Origin: the human T2T-CHM13v2.0 reference genome, Homo sapiens
Direction: 5' to 3' (one strand)
Length of the DNA stretch: 64,000 bases
Assembly: GCF_009914755.1 (NCBI RefSeq)
Contig: NC_060934.1
The position numbers were made by a program, and so were the translations under genes. This document shows positions 15,384 through 30,658 of the stretch, piece by piece. Each line of letters begins with the position of its first letter. The stretch's first letter is position 1. The notes under the pieces are model-generated. The model saw nothing but the letters and a program-made list of their open reading frames with translations, did no database searches and was not told where the DNA came from.

Positions 15384-16749
15384 AGGGACTTTAAAAGTCA
15401 CGTGACCAAATGCCTTTTCCCACCTTCTGTGCTATTTTTCCTCACTCCACCGTCATAAGACAGGAATAGTCCTGCCTTACAAGAGGAGGAAATGGAATCA
15501 CAGAAACCTCGAATGCAGGACAGAAGCCTGGATAAGGAAGCCTGGAATGTCTTGACTCTGTGTGCCCCTCCACCTTTCTGGCTGGGTGCCTGTGGTGTCT
15601 TCTTTCGTGACCTGCTCTGAGTTTCAGGGCAGGCTAGGACAACCTCTTCCCAGAGGGAGATCAGCTTGGAACATCTGGGATCCATATGCTCCTGGCTTCC
15701 TTAATAGCTCTGAGTGCAATGCAAGGTATTGGTCTTAAGCCCTGAAATCCTGCCTGGTCTGCTTTTTGTCTCTGAGAGATCTTCTCTCCCCTTTTGCACT
15801 ATTTGAAGGTGGATTTCAATGGACACTGCCTTCTATAACAGCTGACAGGGAATTCTCAGTGGAGGCCAGTTGATTTTGGAGCAATTCCTGCTGTCAGTCC
15901 TGCAAAGCCCAAGTTTCCTGACCTATGGGGCATAATGACAAACCCGTCTGCTTTTGCAGTTAGTCATTTGAGGGGCTTAATTGTAAAACGTTTGTCTAAC
16001 ATTAAGCTGAGATGGTGCACAGAAAAGGATACATTTATTTGACCAATCATCCCAATCCCTGCCCTCTTGTGAGTCTGCTCCAGGACCAAGCAATGCAGGT
16101 TGCCAAGATATCCAGGACACGTTTAGCAAGAAACGCCTTTTTCCCTCTCTCTGTGTAGATCTCCATCCAGCCATCTGTCTTGGTATTTTATTTTTCATGA
16201 AAGTGATCTTAGAGATGAAGTTGGCCTCCACCGTGTGATCATAATTCATAAAGTGAAGAGCCACATTAAGAGTTGGGGAGATTAATAAATGGTCAATTCA
16301 TAACGGATTTCTATGGGAAACCAAAGTGTATGATGTGCAACTTTAACTTTCTGAGGTTGCAACCAAGAACTGCATGCCTCTGAATGTTCTTCCCAAGGTA
16401 TCCTTTAGTCGCACATAGTCCTGACATAGACGGATTGTGTGCTGACTCCCAGAAAGATTCTTTATGTTTTTACATGTTCTATTGCTAAAGTTGCCTTACA
16501 AATAACTGTGAGAAAGTAAATGTTACATCAACACAGCGTATAAAAGCAACAAGGCTAAAAAATACAATTGCTTTAAGGTTAGGGAATGTAGATTTCAAAT
16601 GTTCAATGAAAGGGATAAGATCTGTATTCCTGTTTTCTATTTCACTATTTCTGAACATATGTGCATTCAGATTTGCTTTCTCTGTACCACAATGAAGAAG
16701 GAAGGGAGGTGCTTTGGGGGGATGCTTTCAAATGTGCACATCTGACCAA

Positions 16750-17088
16750 AAATGGGGTTTATCTCCTCACATAGCCAGACATCCTGGAGGTAAGGTGGTG
16801 CCAAGGTTAGTTGATTCAGTGGTGCAAAGACATGATTTTTTTACTCGGCAGTCCTCAGGCATTCCCCCCTCATAGCCACAAGATAGCTGCTGCAGCTCCA
16901 GACATCACATCCTCACACAACTATTGCTAAAAGCTGCAATGTTTTTTCTCCTCTTATCAAAGAGAAAGATCTTTGTCAGAATCTCCCAGTAGACTTCCAC
17001 TTGTATCTCATTGGCCTGAACAAGATCAATTCTTATTCCTAATAAAATCATTGACTAAGGGGAATGAAATTATCATAACTGATTTAGA
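16750..17088 (-). mobile_element. Old MLT1 (L/M-like) LTR fragment
   Basis: cacaagatagctgctgcagctccagacatcacatcc motif. Confidence 0.55.
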
Positions 17089-17089
17089 C

Positions 17090-17256
17090 GAGTGATTTTC
17101 AAACTTCAGCATGAATTGGAATATACTTGTGGGGTAGCTTGCTAAAATATAGATTGCAATGCTCCACCACCAGGGTTTCTGAGTCAGTAGATTCTGGTAA
17201 GTTGTCCAGCAATTCTGCTGTGGCTAGTCTGGGAATTATACTTTGGGAACCACTGG
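17090..17256 (+). mobile_element. MER5A
   Basis: agtgattttcaaactt...tttgggaaccactg; flanks atttagac/gtttagat. Confidence 0.7.
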
Positions 17257-17514
17257 TTTAGATTGATTTGATTCATTTTCTAGTGCTGGGGAAAAGTCAC
17301 CTTTACTGAAATCTGCTCTGAAAGCAGAGTCAAGGTTGGGGGAACTAGGAAAAAGCATTAGGATAAATGAGTTAGTGAGAGAAAGCTTATTAGGCAGGCA
17401 CCCAGCTTCATCTACAATATATATTTTTAAATTTTTTCCTCCATTTTTTTGCCTTCTCTTCAAGACCACTGCAGATTAGATGGTTTTCATGAAATATTTT
17501 CATTAATTTGATTC

Positions 17515-17810
17515 CTACAGCAAGTCCTTTTCCTTTGGGACTAACATAAATCCTAAATCCATCACTGTGTACTGCACACACTAAATTATGTAGAGCTTAA
17601 ATTATTTCTCTCAATATCTATTACCTTTTGCCCTTCTCTGTAAAATGTTATCAGTCTTAGTGTTTGTTCAGTCAGCCAGCTTTATTAGATCCATCTTAGG
17701 TTTCTCACCATCCTCCTTAGCTCTCCCCAACCTAAACACTTCTGTGTCATCAGCAAATTTTTCCACACGGCCATTCAGTGCATCCTCTAAGTCATTAGCA
17801 AGTATATTGC
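17515..17810 (-). mobile_element. Ancient CR1/L3-family LINE RT fragment
   Basis: NILANDLEDALNGRVEKFADDTEVFRLGRAKEDGEKPKMDLIKLAD* contains the CR1-type KFADDT motif; EKDL further on. Confidence 0.8.
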
Positions 17811-17949
17811 GCTAAATCACCGGAACTGCTAACTTGAACTTCGTGTATTAGCAGCATCTGAAACAACTATACCAAGACTGGCAGTACGCTTAGATCAGTG
17901 ATTCAGTTTCTTGGGTGAAAAATAAAAAATATATAGCTCATATTTGATT

Positions 17950-20160
17950 CCATTCTTTCCTGTGCAGAGTTTGCAGTAGATTTATATATTGTGTTTGTGT
18001 TATTGTGATTGTAGTGTTATATGTAGGAAATCTTTGCCTAACCCAAGGCCAGAACGATTTTCTCTTCTTTTAGAAGAGAAATTTTCTTTTAGAAATTTTC
18101 TAGTTTTTGTTTTTATATTTAGATCTCTGATCCATTTTGATTTAATTTTTGTATACGGTGCAAGGATTGAACCAGAATTAATTCTTTTGCCTCTGGATAT
18201 CTTATTTTTCTATCTCCACTAGTTCAAAACATTATACTTTCTTCCTTGAATGGTCCTCATACTTGCATGGGTTTATTTCTGGATTCTCTCCTTTTTCCTC
18301 TGTTGATCTTGTTGTCTGTCTTGACACCAATATTGTACTTATTTTAATTACTCTGTTCTTAATTACTCTACTCTGTTCTGTTAATCTATTTATCTCTCTT
18401 GATGCAATACTATAGTATCTTAATTACTGTAGTTTTATAATAAATATTAAAGTAAGATAATGTAAAATATTTCTTCCCATTTTTTTCCAAGTTGTTTTGG
18501 TTTTCCTAGTTCCTTTACATTTTCAAATGAATTTTAGAATCAGCTTGTCAACTTCAACAAAAAATTTCTACAAAATGGATTTTGATTGTGAATTTATGTT
18601 TCTGTAGATTAATTTGGGGGAAATTGGACATGTCAGCTAGACTGGGCATCTGACACATCAAACTGGTAAATCTGTTTATTTAGATGTTTCACTTCTCTCA
18701 GCATTGTTTTGTGTTTTTAAGTGTACAGGTCTTCTACATATTTTGTCAGATATATCTCTAAGTATTTCACATTTTTATTCTATTGTAAATTAAATGTTTA
18801 AAAATTTAATTGGTAGCATACAGAAATAACTGATTTTTGTATATTAATTTTATATCCTGTGATATTTCTAAAGCTGCTCATTAGTTTGAGTAACTTTTTA
18901 TAGCCTCCATAAGAGGCTTTACATAGTGTCATCAGGAAATAAAGACAGGTTTACTTCTTTTTCTATCTGAATGCCCTCATTTCTTTTTCTTGCTTCATTT
19001 ATCTGGTTAGAACCTCCAATAAAATACTGAAGAGAAGTGGTGAGAGTGAACATCCTTGTCTTGTTCCTGATCTTCAAGGGAAAGTATTCATTCCTTCACC
19101 ATAAATGTTAGCTATAGGCTTTTCATTGATAACCTCTTTCAGTTGAGGGCATTCTCTCTGATTCCCAGTTTGCTGAGACTAGGGACTCCAATTATACATA
19201 TATTAGGCCACTTAAAGATGCACTACAACTCATGGATGCTGGTGGAAGGGTTGTATTTTGGTTTTTGTTTGTTTGTTTTTTAGTGTTATTCCTCTCTATT
19301 TACTTTTGTTTTGTTCCTATTGCTGTGTCCTTACTAATCTTTTCCTGCATAATGTCTCATCTGTTTTAATCCCATTCAGTGCATTTTAAAAAATCTCAGA
19401 TGTTGTAATCTTGATAGAATTTCACTTTTTGTGTTCTATTTTCCATGTCTCTACTTATCACACATGATATTTCCTCCAATTTCTTCAACATAGCAAAACA
19501 GATGATGGTTTAAATGCCTTTGTCTACTAATTCTGTTATCAATGTCATTTGTGGGTCAGTTTCACTTGGTTGATTTCTTCTTCTGATTGTGGGTCATATT
19601 TTCCTGTTTCTTTGCATGCCTAGTAATACTGATTGGATGCCAGACATTGTGAATTCTACCTTTTTGGGTGCTATATATTTTTGTATGACTGGAACTACTC
19701 TTAAACTTTATTCTGAAGCACAGTGACATTACCTGGAAACAGTTTGAGCCTTTCAGGTTTGCTTCTAAGGTTTGTTAGGCAGAACCAGAGCAATGTAGTC
19801 TGGGTCTAATTTTGCCATACCACTGAGGCAAAATACTTCTGAGTGTTCTACCTAGCACTTCATGAATTATGACATGTTTTGTTCTAGCTGGTGGGAACAG
19901 GAACCGTTTCTGGCCCTGTGTGAACTCTGGAAAGTGTTCATTTTAATCCTTTTGGGTAGTTCTTTCACTGAACTTGGACATTTCCTCACATCCATGTGCT
20001 GATCAGTTGTCAGCTGAAGCCTCATGGGAGACCCTCCACATGTTTCTGGAATTCTCTCTCCATATAGATCCCTTCTTTTCTGCCAAGTTAATCACCTTGG
20101 CCTCCCCAGACTCTCATCTCTGGCTCTTCAACTTGGAGAGAATACTAGGATCTGCCTAGG
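17950..20160 (-). mobile_element. L1M (MC/MD/ME-like) fragments
   Basis: aaatctttgcctaacccaagg, gaattttagaatcagcttgtca, catccttgtcttgttcctgatct ORF2 motifs; 5'-region fragments from 19170. Confidence 0.8.
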
Positions 20161-20164
20161 TACC

Positions 20165-20480
20165 CCGATTATAATGCTCAGTTGTTTGGGCAAACACTAG
20201 TCTAGATGTTGCTACAGAGGTATTTCATAAATATGAATAACATTTATAATCAGTTGACCTGAAAGAGATTACATTTGGTATTATAGGTGGGTCTCATCCA
20301 ATCAGTTGAGGTCTTTACAGCAAAAACAGGTTTCTCAGAGAAGGAATTCTGCCTCAAGACTGTAACTTGGAAATGCTGTCTGAGTTTCCATCCTGCCAGC
20401 CGGTCCTGTGAATTTTGGACTTGCCAACCTGCCAACCCCATAATCATTTGAATCAATTCCTGAAATGTATCTCCATGTGG
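20165..20480 (+). mobile_element. MLT2D-like LTR (ERVL)
   Basis: gggtctcatccaatcagttga, gaaggaattctgcctcaagactg. Confidence 0.75.
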
Positions 20481-21189
20481 ATAAATCTAGATGTATCTTA
20501 TAGATAAATAATTCTTACAAGTATGTTGGCAGTTTATCCTACTATAAACTTGTAAGTTCTCCAAGGAAAAAGACTATGCCCATTCTGCTCACTCCTCTAA
20601 CTCCAGCATCTAAGCAGAGCTGGATGCGTAGTAGGGGGTCAATAAATAATTTTAAAATATCCAGACGTGGACAAGTTAAATGTGTGACAGCAGATTCCCT
20701 GCACTCAGCAGGACAATTGCTATTAACAGTTCTTTTGTTCTCTCTCAGTTACTTTCCTATACTCCCTACCATGTATTTACCTTACGAATAAGTGTTGCAA
20801 ACTATGTATGTATGTATGATTTCATTAAATTGCTTCCAGAAGGTTATCATTCATAAGCTGCAATGTACAAGTCCATCTTTTAAAATGAAACACATCTTCT
20901 CCTAAAGTATGTCGGTGTTTATATTAAACAAATACGTGCATGCAGCTTCAACAGTGGAGGCCATATGGACAAGTGACAGATATTACTTTCTCACTCACTT
21001 CAAGTTTGCATACTTCCTTTCTAAATAGGACTGCCCCTAAACCTTCTTCCCCTCCACCTTCTCCCTTCACTGAAGCAGACATTGGGCCTAGTGAAAAATC
21101 TAGGCGTCTGGGCTGGGAAAGCAAAGTTGGGAGACCAAAGCAGGGGTGGCATGAGGTTGGACTGATAATGAAGGAAAAATAAAGTCCCA

Positions 21190-21512
21190 ATTTTTGGGGG
21201 TGGTTTTTGCTGGGTCTTTTTAGAGACAAGGTCTCACTTTGTCACCCAGGCTGGAATGCAGTCATGTGATCATAGCTTACTGCAGCCTCAATCTCCTGGG
21301 CTCAAGCTATCCTCCTGCCTCAGCCTCTCCTGAGTACCTGGGACCACAAGCGTGTGCCACCATTCCTGGCTAATCTTATTTTTTAAATGTTTTGTAGAGA
21401 TGAGTTCTCGCTGTATTGTTCAGGCTAGTCTCAAACTCCCGGCCTCAAGCAGTTCTCCTGGCTCGTCCTCAAAAAGAGCTGAGATTACAGGCATGAGCCA
21501 CTGCACTCAGTC
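21190..21512 (-). mobile_element. AluJ
   Basis: gatcatagcttactgcagcctc diagnostic. Confidence 0.9.
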
Positions 21513-21999
21513 ACAAATTTTTTAGACTGAAAATCCAGGGCAGTCTATACCCACCAGCCTGGTTTACACTTCGCAAAGTGGGATTTAATAGCTATGCCTT
21601 TTCACTCCAGGGCCTAGAAAATTAAGAGAGTAAGAAAGGAATCTTTTCAACAAGGAGAATAATCTTTTGCTAAAAAATATTTGAGTTCTTTCTTACAGTA
21701 CTATTTACACTATCACCATTAACAAACCCTGGTATTTGTGGCAATGTGTTTTCACTATTAAGCATCTAAACAGAGATTATGAAGTGGGACTTTAAGCAGA
21801 AAATCTGTGTTCACCTTCATTCTACCAACCTATTTGCTTGGGTAGGTGTATGTATTAATTCAGTTATAGAAATAGTAACTTAAATAATGGATGAGCTCTT
21901 ATCACTTTCTGTAGACAAAGAGATTTAAGCAACAGGAGAAAAGGCAATTGTATTCATTCTAGTAAACATGTATAATTTATAGCAAAGAGAAAGAAATTG

Positions 22000-22166
22000 A
22001 GAATAACAATAGGAAAATATTAGATATTTTAATTTATCCACTGTTCTGTTTCTTTTCACAGTGGATTTAGGAAATTGAAATGTGTAAGCCAAAGCAGCTG
22101 AAATTTTAAGTCCTCAGGTATTCTGACATATGATTATTTCAGTCACATAAAAATTTAAATTTCTTG
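22000..22166 (-). pseudogene. Fossil last coding exon (3' limit approximate)
   Basis: 89-bp intron upstream; long pyrimidine tract then aag|; phase-2 join gives S-KKFKFL (as recalled for GREB1L); then IIICQN~CVICQD, TFQF~EWQF, DKLKYL~DKPLYF. Confidence 0.7.
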
Positions 22167-22255
22167 CTTTGGAAAGAGGCAAGATAATGGGAATAAGAAA
22201 AAAGATACTCTTATAATCCAAGGATGAATTTTAATATGGTGCTTGATTTACTCAC

Positions 22256-22470
22256 CTAACCATCATGATTTGATTCATGCTATGAAACTGGCACAAATAA
22301 ACACTAAATGAGGCATTTTAGAATAAATTTAAGATTGAAAGCTTTGGTACAGAGGGAACTATACTGTATATCATTTGGTAAATCTCATTTCCCTGAAACT
22401 TTTTACTTTCTTTACAGTTTTATTGGCTTTTTCTGGCCAGTTTTTATTCTCCATAGTTGAATCATTATGA
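22256..22470 (-). pseudogene. Fossil exon 23 (215 bp)
   Basis: 100-bp intron upstream; ctttcttttaaacag| ... TAG|gtgagt; NASFSVYLCQ~LLFSGLLLYLCD. Confidence 0.7.
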
Positions 22471-22570
22471 CTGTTTAAAAGAAAGCCAAAATTCATGAAA
22501 AAACATATAAAAGAAGACTAGATTAATTTTGAAATTATGGACACTCCAGGAAGCAGTAAAGTTAGCACAC

Positions 22571-22914
22571 CTGGTATAAAACATACTTGGACTATTTTCA
22601 TATTTAATGAAAAATATATTCCACTGAGTATTAACACTAAACAACACTACCTAGAAATCCATTAATAGTTTTCCAGTTTATTGGAAGATTGAGGTTTCAC
22701 TATTCCCAGTATTCAGAGCATTATATAAAAATGCCTTTAAATTTCAACAACTAACCCTGAAGTCATGCCAAATTACTTCTTGCCCCCAATTAGTGGAGTG
22801 TACCATTAAATGAAAATATGAGAATTTCAAGAATATCCACAGAGACACTACAAATCACATAGATATTCAATCATCTGATATAAGATGGATCTATGACCAG
22901 AACAGGAAGATTCT
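22571..22914 (-). pseudogene. Fossil exon 22 (344 bp)
   Basis: 90-bp intron upstream; ttcactttctttag| ... CAG|gtgtgc; ILYQMIEYLCD~VQYNQNRFLCD, KFSYFHLM~RFNNFSLM, IGGKK*FGMTS~VGGHRSFHITS, LKAFLYNA~LEKFLQHA, FSVNTQWNI~LSVDCYLNL; needs frameshifts. Confidence 0.75.
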
Positions 22915-23004
22915 CTAAAGAAAGTGAAATATTTATTTATAGGGCCAGTGGATCATGGGACACATGATGGGTTTGTAATGTTCAGTGAAATGTTATGTTC
23001 TCAC

Positions 23005-23353
23005 TTCAGGGAATGTGAACTGTCCAATTTCCTCTAAATAGAATTTTCATTGTTCGACAAAACCAACTATTACACTATACCAAGAAATAACAACCTAATA
23101 AATAGCGATAAAGATGGATTTTCCCTCCTCCCTGTGAAACTTCGCTGGAATTTCCTGCTTCTCTTTTATGTAAGGGATTTCTTTTTTCCACGGTTCTTCT
23201 TCTTACTCTGATTGGTTTGTATCATTTTTGAACATGCATTTTTTAAAGAAATATCAGATTAAAAAATTCTCAGCCATACATTGTCTCATAAAGATTGCAC
23301 TATGATGAAAACCAGACCCAGATTGTAGGTCTGCTTTCTTTTTTTTTTTTTTC
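23005..23353 (-). pseudogene. Fossil exon 21 (349 bp)
   Basis: 81-bp intron upstream; ttgtttgtgtttcag| ... GAA|gtgaga; RKQTYNLGLVFIIVQSL*DNVW..DISLK~RNRQEELG..PFIVISDDSCVMW..NVSLK; FLGI~ILGI; A14 run at start. Confidence 0.7.
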
Positions 23354-23434
23354 CTGAAACACAAACAAGAACAATTTCAATAAAAACATTCCACTTCCCA
23401 CCAGGGACACTGACGATGGTAATTCAGGTATTAC

Positions 23435-23548
23435 CCTATCTGCAAATATGCATCTAACACACGGGGACTGCATGGAAGTATTTTAAAAGCTTAACCTAAG
23501 ATTTTCATATTAAGAATGGAATGTCGTATCTTTTGATTCCATAAAACC
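23435..23548 (-). pseudogene. Fossil exon 20 (114 bp, phase 2 to 2)
   Basis: ctttcttcaaaattag| ... AGG|gtaata; HSILNMKILG*AFKI~PSIFNSAGVGAAHFLI. Confidence 0.65.
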
Positions 23549-23789
23549 CTAATTTTGAAGAAAGGCACCTTTTAAAATGGTCTGGGTAATGACCTGGGAC
23601 TGCTAACAGGTATCCTATTGAATAATAAGCTCGCTTGTTCCCTGTTTAGCAGTAGGGAGATGGTACTCAAAGATAAATGGAAAAGGCTGATCACGGCAGC
23701 ATTGCTTATAATAGCCACCAACTGCATGCAGCTTGACTGTCCATTGGGGGAAACTGATGAAATAAGTTGCAGGATGAGGGGAGGCTGGT

Positions 23790-24744
<955 letters not shown>

Positions 24745-24892
24745 TTAGACAGTAATTGTAAAACTTTATGTATCACTATGTAAAAATAGGTTAAAATGAA
24801 AAATAAGATAGAAAAAAGCATGCACAAGGTGCCACAAACTTTATATGAAAATGGCCAAAATGGGTATAAAATGTACAAGTATTTTAATATAC

Positions 24893-24933
24893 ATGTATAC
24901 ACACATGCACACACACACACACACACACACACA
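24893..24933. repeat. (CA)n microsatellite
   Basis: Directly visible. Confidence 0.9.
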
Positions 24934-25014
24934 GCCTGGAAGCATCCATAGGTGCTGGTATGCCTATTTTCCTTTGCACACTCTTTTTACTGTTTGAATT
25001 TTGACCACTTGAAT

Positions 25015-25790
<776 letters not shown>

Positions 25791-26581
25791 CTATCAAATA
25801 TCTAATTTTCAGTGTCAATGGTGAAAACACAGAGCTAGCCCAATTATGGGGAGCAGGTAGCCTCTGTGATGTGATTTAAGGGGTGCCATAGGGCTATCTG
25901 CCCTTCCCCCAAGTTTTTTCTGCACTACCCTGCCAAAAGCACATGAAGTTTTAACAGTTTGTTAAGGGATGACTTAAGGCAGTTCTTCCTGGAGAAATTT
26001 ATTTTGTTCATTAACTGCCTTAATAGGTTACTCAATAATTGTTTCTTATCTATCAATAATTCAGAAAAACATGGACTTGGCCAGTAGAGAACAAAACATT
26101 GAAATTGTCCAGTTTTTCCAGCTTAGACGTTACTACTATTAGTAGGAGTTTAGGGTCAATTCTCTGGACAACCAAAGGAGCATGAATAGAATACAGAGAA
26201 ATGTTCTACAAAATGGGTTGTGTGCACTTGATGGGGCGCAAAAGACATCCGCTGGCCCTTTCTTGGTAGTATAGACGTTTGCAATGGAAAAGAAATTTGA
26301 GACCCTCTACACATCACATTTTTGCCTTTAAAAAAAGAAAAGCAAGGAAGAAATAGATTTTCTAGTATCATATTTAATAAACATATGGAGGCTCCCTTAT
26401 TTGGTCTGTAAGCCAGACAGTCTTATTTCAAGGACAGTACAGGAGAGCTGCAGTGAAAAGCCCTAATACCACAACAGAGATGGAGGGGACAAAGATGGCT
26501 CCACTTTTAGCTTCTTGTAATATTTTGCCCTTCACTCATTCCTGGAGAACTACATTGCCAAAATTATTTAGTTTTTTAGAT

Positions 26582-27186
<605 letters not shown>

Positions 27187-27234
27187 TATTTAGTTTTAGC
27201 TAGACAAAATTATTATGTGGCATCGACTATTTAG

Positions 27235-27490
27235 TGACATGGTGTCTTGGATTGGATCCTGGAACAGAAAAAATGTATTGATGGAAGAACTGGAGAGATG
27301 CAAATTAAATCTGTGGTTTAGTTAATAGTACTGTACTGGTGTCAATTTCTTAGTTTTGATAAATATACTATGGTTATGTAAGATGTTAGTATTCGAGGAA
27401 GCTGGGTGAAGGGTGTATGGGAATTCTGTTCTATCTTTGCAATCCTCTGGTAAACCTAAAATTCTTTTGAATTAAAATTTCTTTTAAAAG
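27235..27490 (+). mobile_element. L1ME 3' end
   Basis: gattggatcctggaacagaaaaa...gaagctgggtgaagggt. Confidence 0.8.
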
Positions 27491-28157
27491 TATATTTGAA
27501 ATATAGCTTTTTAACATGCATTATTGTTACCAACAAACATTGAGCCATGGATAGTGTTGCTTTGCAATATTATAAACTAATTTGAAATGAAGAACCCACA
27601 ATATTAAAATGAGCCTCTGGTTTTGTTTCAAGAGTAAAGTCGTGTGAGTCTCAGGCCAGTATTTTAAAACTTCTTATGAAATATTTATACATATTTAGCA
27701 ACCACTTTTGAGATTTCTTATCTAATAGCAAAGCTACTGCTGAAGAAACTGCTGCAGTATAAACCAGTGAAATCATTTACATAAAAGGATAGTAAAAAAT
27801 TAAAGTGCCCTCTTTAGTTAGAAAAATCTTTTGGAAGACACAAAGCACAAAATGTTAGTAAAAATGATAAACCACAGGGTGGTTGCTGAATGGGTTGTTG
27901 CTGAATGAATAAAAGTTGAGATGCTTCCAACATGATTCCATAATTGAGCTGCTAGATTCTGTTTGAATAATGAAATACATGAAGAAATGCTTTTATATGG
28001 CTTGCCAAAGAAAAGATGTACCAGAAAAAGATATTCTCAACAGTAAATGACTTCTTTAATTTAAAAAATGGGGAAATGGGGAGTGGGGGTTTACTCATAT
28101 GAGTCTAACCACTCAGGGAGTAGCTGCTTTGATGGAATTACAAAAGAAGAGACATCA

Positions 28158-28506
<349 letters not shown>

Positions 28507-29329
28507 TCACTGCATCATCAGCCATAGGGATATCATTGCTGTAAAAAGTTGAACCAGAAATCCACAAAATGTTACAGGGTGTCATCGGTGTGGTTACTTG
28601 ATTGAAAAATAGAAGTAGAATCTTAATGAGATGGGGAATAATGGTGACAATCTTTTGTGCCCTTGGAGGGTTGAAAGTTATTTCATGGCAAAGCACTTAA
28701 AAGTATTGTCAAACTTGAGACAGATACGCGTTATTCTTTTATAAATACAAAGGTTCCAATTTGGCTGACTCTTTCTGAGGCCAATACACTATTCATCAGA
28801 TATTTCCAAAACTATGTTTGATCTGTCCATTTGAGATAAAGGCGAGGAGAAAATAGTGTTACAATGAGGGAGAAAGTAATAATTGTTGAAAGAAATTCAT
28901 GCTATGGAAAGAGCTCTTTGGAAATGGATGCTTGGAAATATTCTCAAATATATGTGGGTTTTGTTGCCAAAAACAATATAAAAACTCATATCTGTACACA
29001 TTAAAAACCCTGGAAATATAATTTTCTAACCTGCCCCAGTTTTTTTTCCATGTGAAGAATTTTATCATGTTTTGAAAATGTTTGTTGGAAATATTAAAAA
29101 TGCCAAATCTTCCAATTAGTTTGCAACAACCACTATTTGATATCTAGAAAAGCAGAAATTTACCAGCTCATAAGACACTTTGGCATAATTAGTGGATGGA
29201 ATTTAGAAATCAGTATTATAAGTTAGTAAGGAGAGTCTTCTAAAAAGATACTTCTTGTACGTGAATCTACATACAGTATTTTTGTGAAGCATATTTGAAT
29301 CTATTATAACTATTAAAATATACTGAACT

Positions 29330-29635
29330 TGGCCGGATGCCTCATGCCTGAAATCCCAGCACTTTGGGAGGCTGAGGTGGGCAGATGACTTGTGCCCAGG
29401 AATTTGAGATCAGCCTGGGCAACATGGTGAGACCCAGTCTCTACAAAAAATACAAACATTAGCCAGGCGCCGGGGCGTGCGCTTGTGGTCCCAGCTACTT
29501 GGGAAGTGGAGACAGGAGGAGGCAGAGGTTGCACTGAGCCAAGATCCTGCCACTGTACTCCAGCTTGGGTGACAGAGTGAGACCCTGTACCCCGACCCCC
29601 CAAAAAAAAGAAAGAAAAAAATATAGAGAGAGAGA
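29330..29635 (+). mobile_element. AluJ
   Basis: Dimer with small right-arm deletion. Confidence 0.9.
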
Positions 29636-30229
29636 TAACTCAAAATCAATATCACAAATTGTGTTTGATCTTGCTATGCCACAAAGTACTACACCAAGAT
29701 TTTCACTAATCAAAATTTTTAAATCTTATTTCAACTTTTTCTTTAAAAATATTTATTTTTTACATTTTATAATGTTCATAATATGTTAATATATAATATT
29801 TAACATAAAATAGTAGGTATTAAAGCCTGGTGACATAGGTAAATAAATATAGATGTTAGATAAGAAATATTTTAAAAGTAAATATATTAGAAACACATGC
29901 TCAAAAGTTTTTTCTGATGGGGCACGTGATATGTAGTCTTTTACAGCGAATAGACAATCAGAAACAGCAAAGAAAATGGGTTAGTTTAGTTCTTTATAAA
30001 ATCTATCAGAGAAAATATACATAACATACCAACCCTAAAGTATGCATTGATCCTTTATTGCCAAGCAAGCCAAATTGGGAAGCTAATTACATAAACGTTT
30101 TTAGAACTGTTCAACAAAGTCGTCCATTTACCTTTGGTTAAAAGTCAAATTGTTGGAGCACAGCCCTAGAGACGCTGATTCAGCAAGATGAGTATAGACC
30201 CAAAAATCTGGATTTTTCACAGCACTGAA

Positions 30230-30345
30230 ATAACTCCTCATTTTGAAGATGAGGAGAGTAAGATCTAGAGAGTTAACATGACTTGGCCAATGGTATGTGG
30301 GGAGTTCACCAACCAGAGCCAGGGCTAGAGCCACCCCAGCCCTGT
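30230..30345 (-). mobile_element. MIR fragment
   Basis: cattttgaagatgagga..gacttggccaa. Confidence 0.6.
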
Positions 30346-30413
30346 TATTTCCCTGTGCAGCGCCCCCCTTTGGCACATCCTGCTCCTCAAATGAAACTCT
30401 GGTGCCTGCCTAC

Positions 30414-30546
30414 TTAGATATTAGCAGATTGGAGGAAAGCAATCAAGGGGCTCCAATTTCAATGCTTCAGCTAGAAACCACTCGTCACTTGCAAAATTAT
30501 CCTTTGAATTTTCTGGTGAGACTAATGGCCACAGCACTTTATAGAG
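30414..30546 (-). pseudogene. Candidate fossil exon 19
   Basis: Branch point CTAAC then ctttttgtttttag|; LYKVLWP~LYRKYWP/IYKKYWP; donor TAA|gtaggc. Confidence 0.5.
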
Positions 30547-30658
30547 CTAAAAACAAAAAGCTATTGTTAGGTTTGTTATTGTTGCCATGTTGCTAGGAGA
30601 GCCTCTGCGATGGAATGTGCCATTCAATACAAGCTTTGCTTCTCTGGTACAACCCTAC

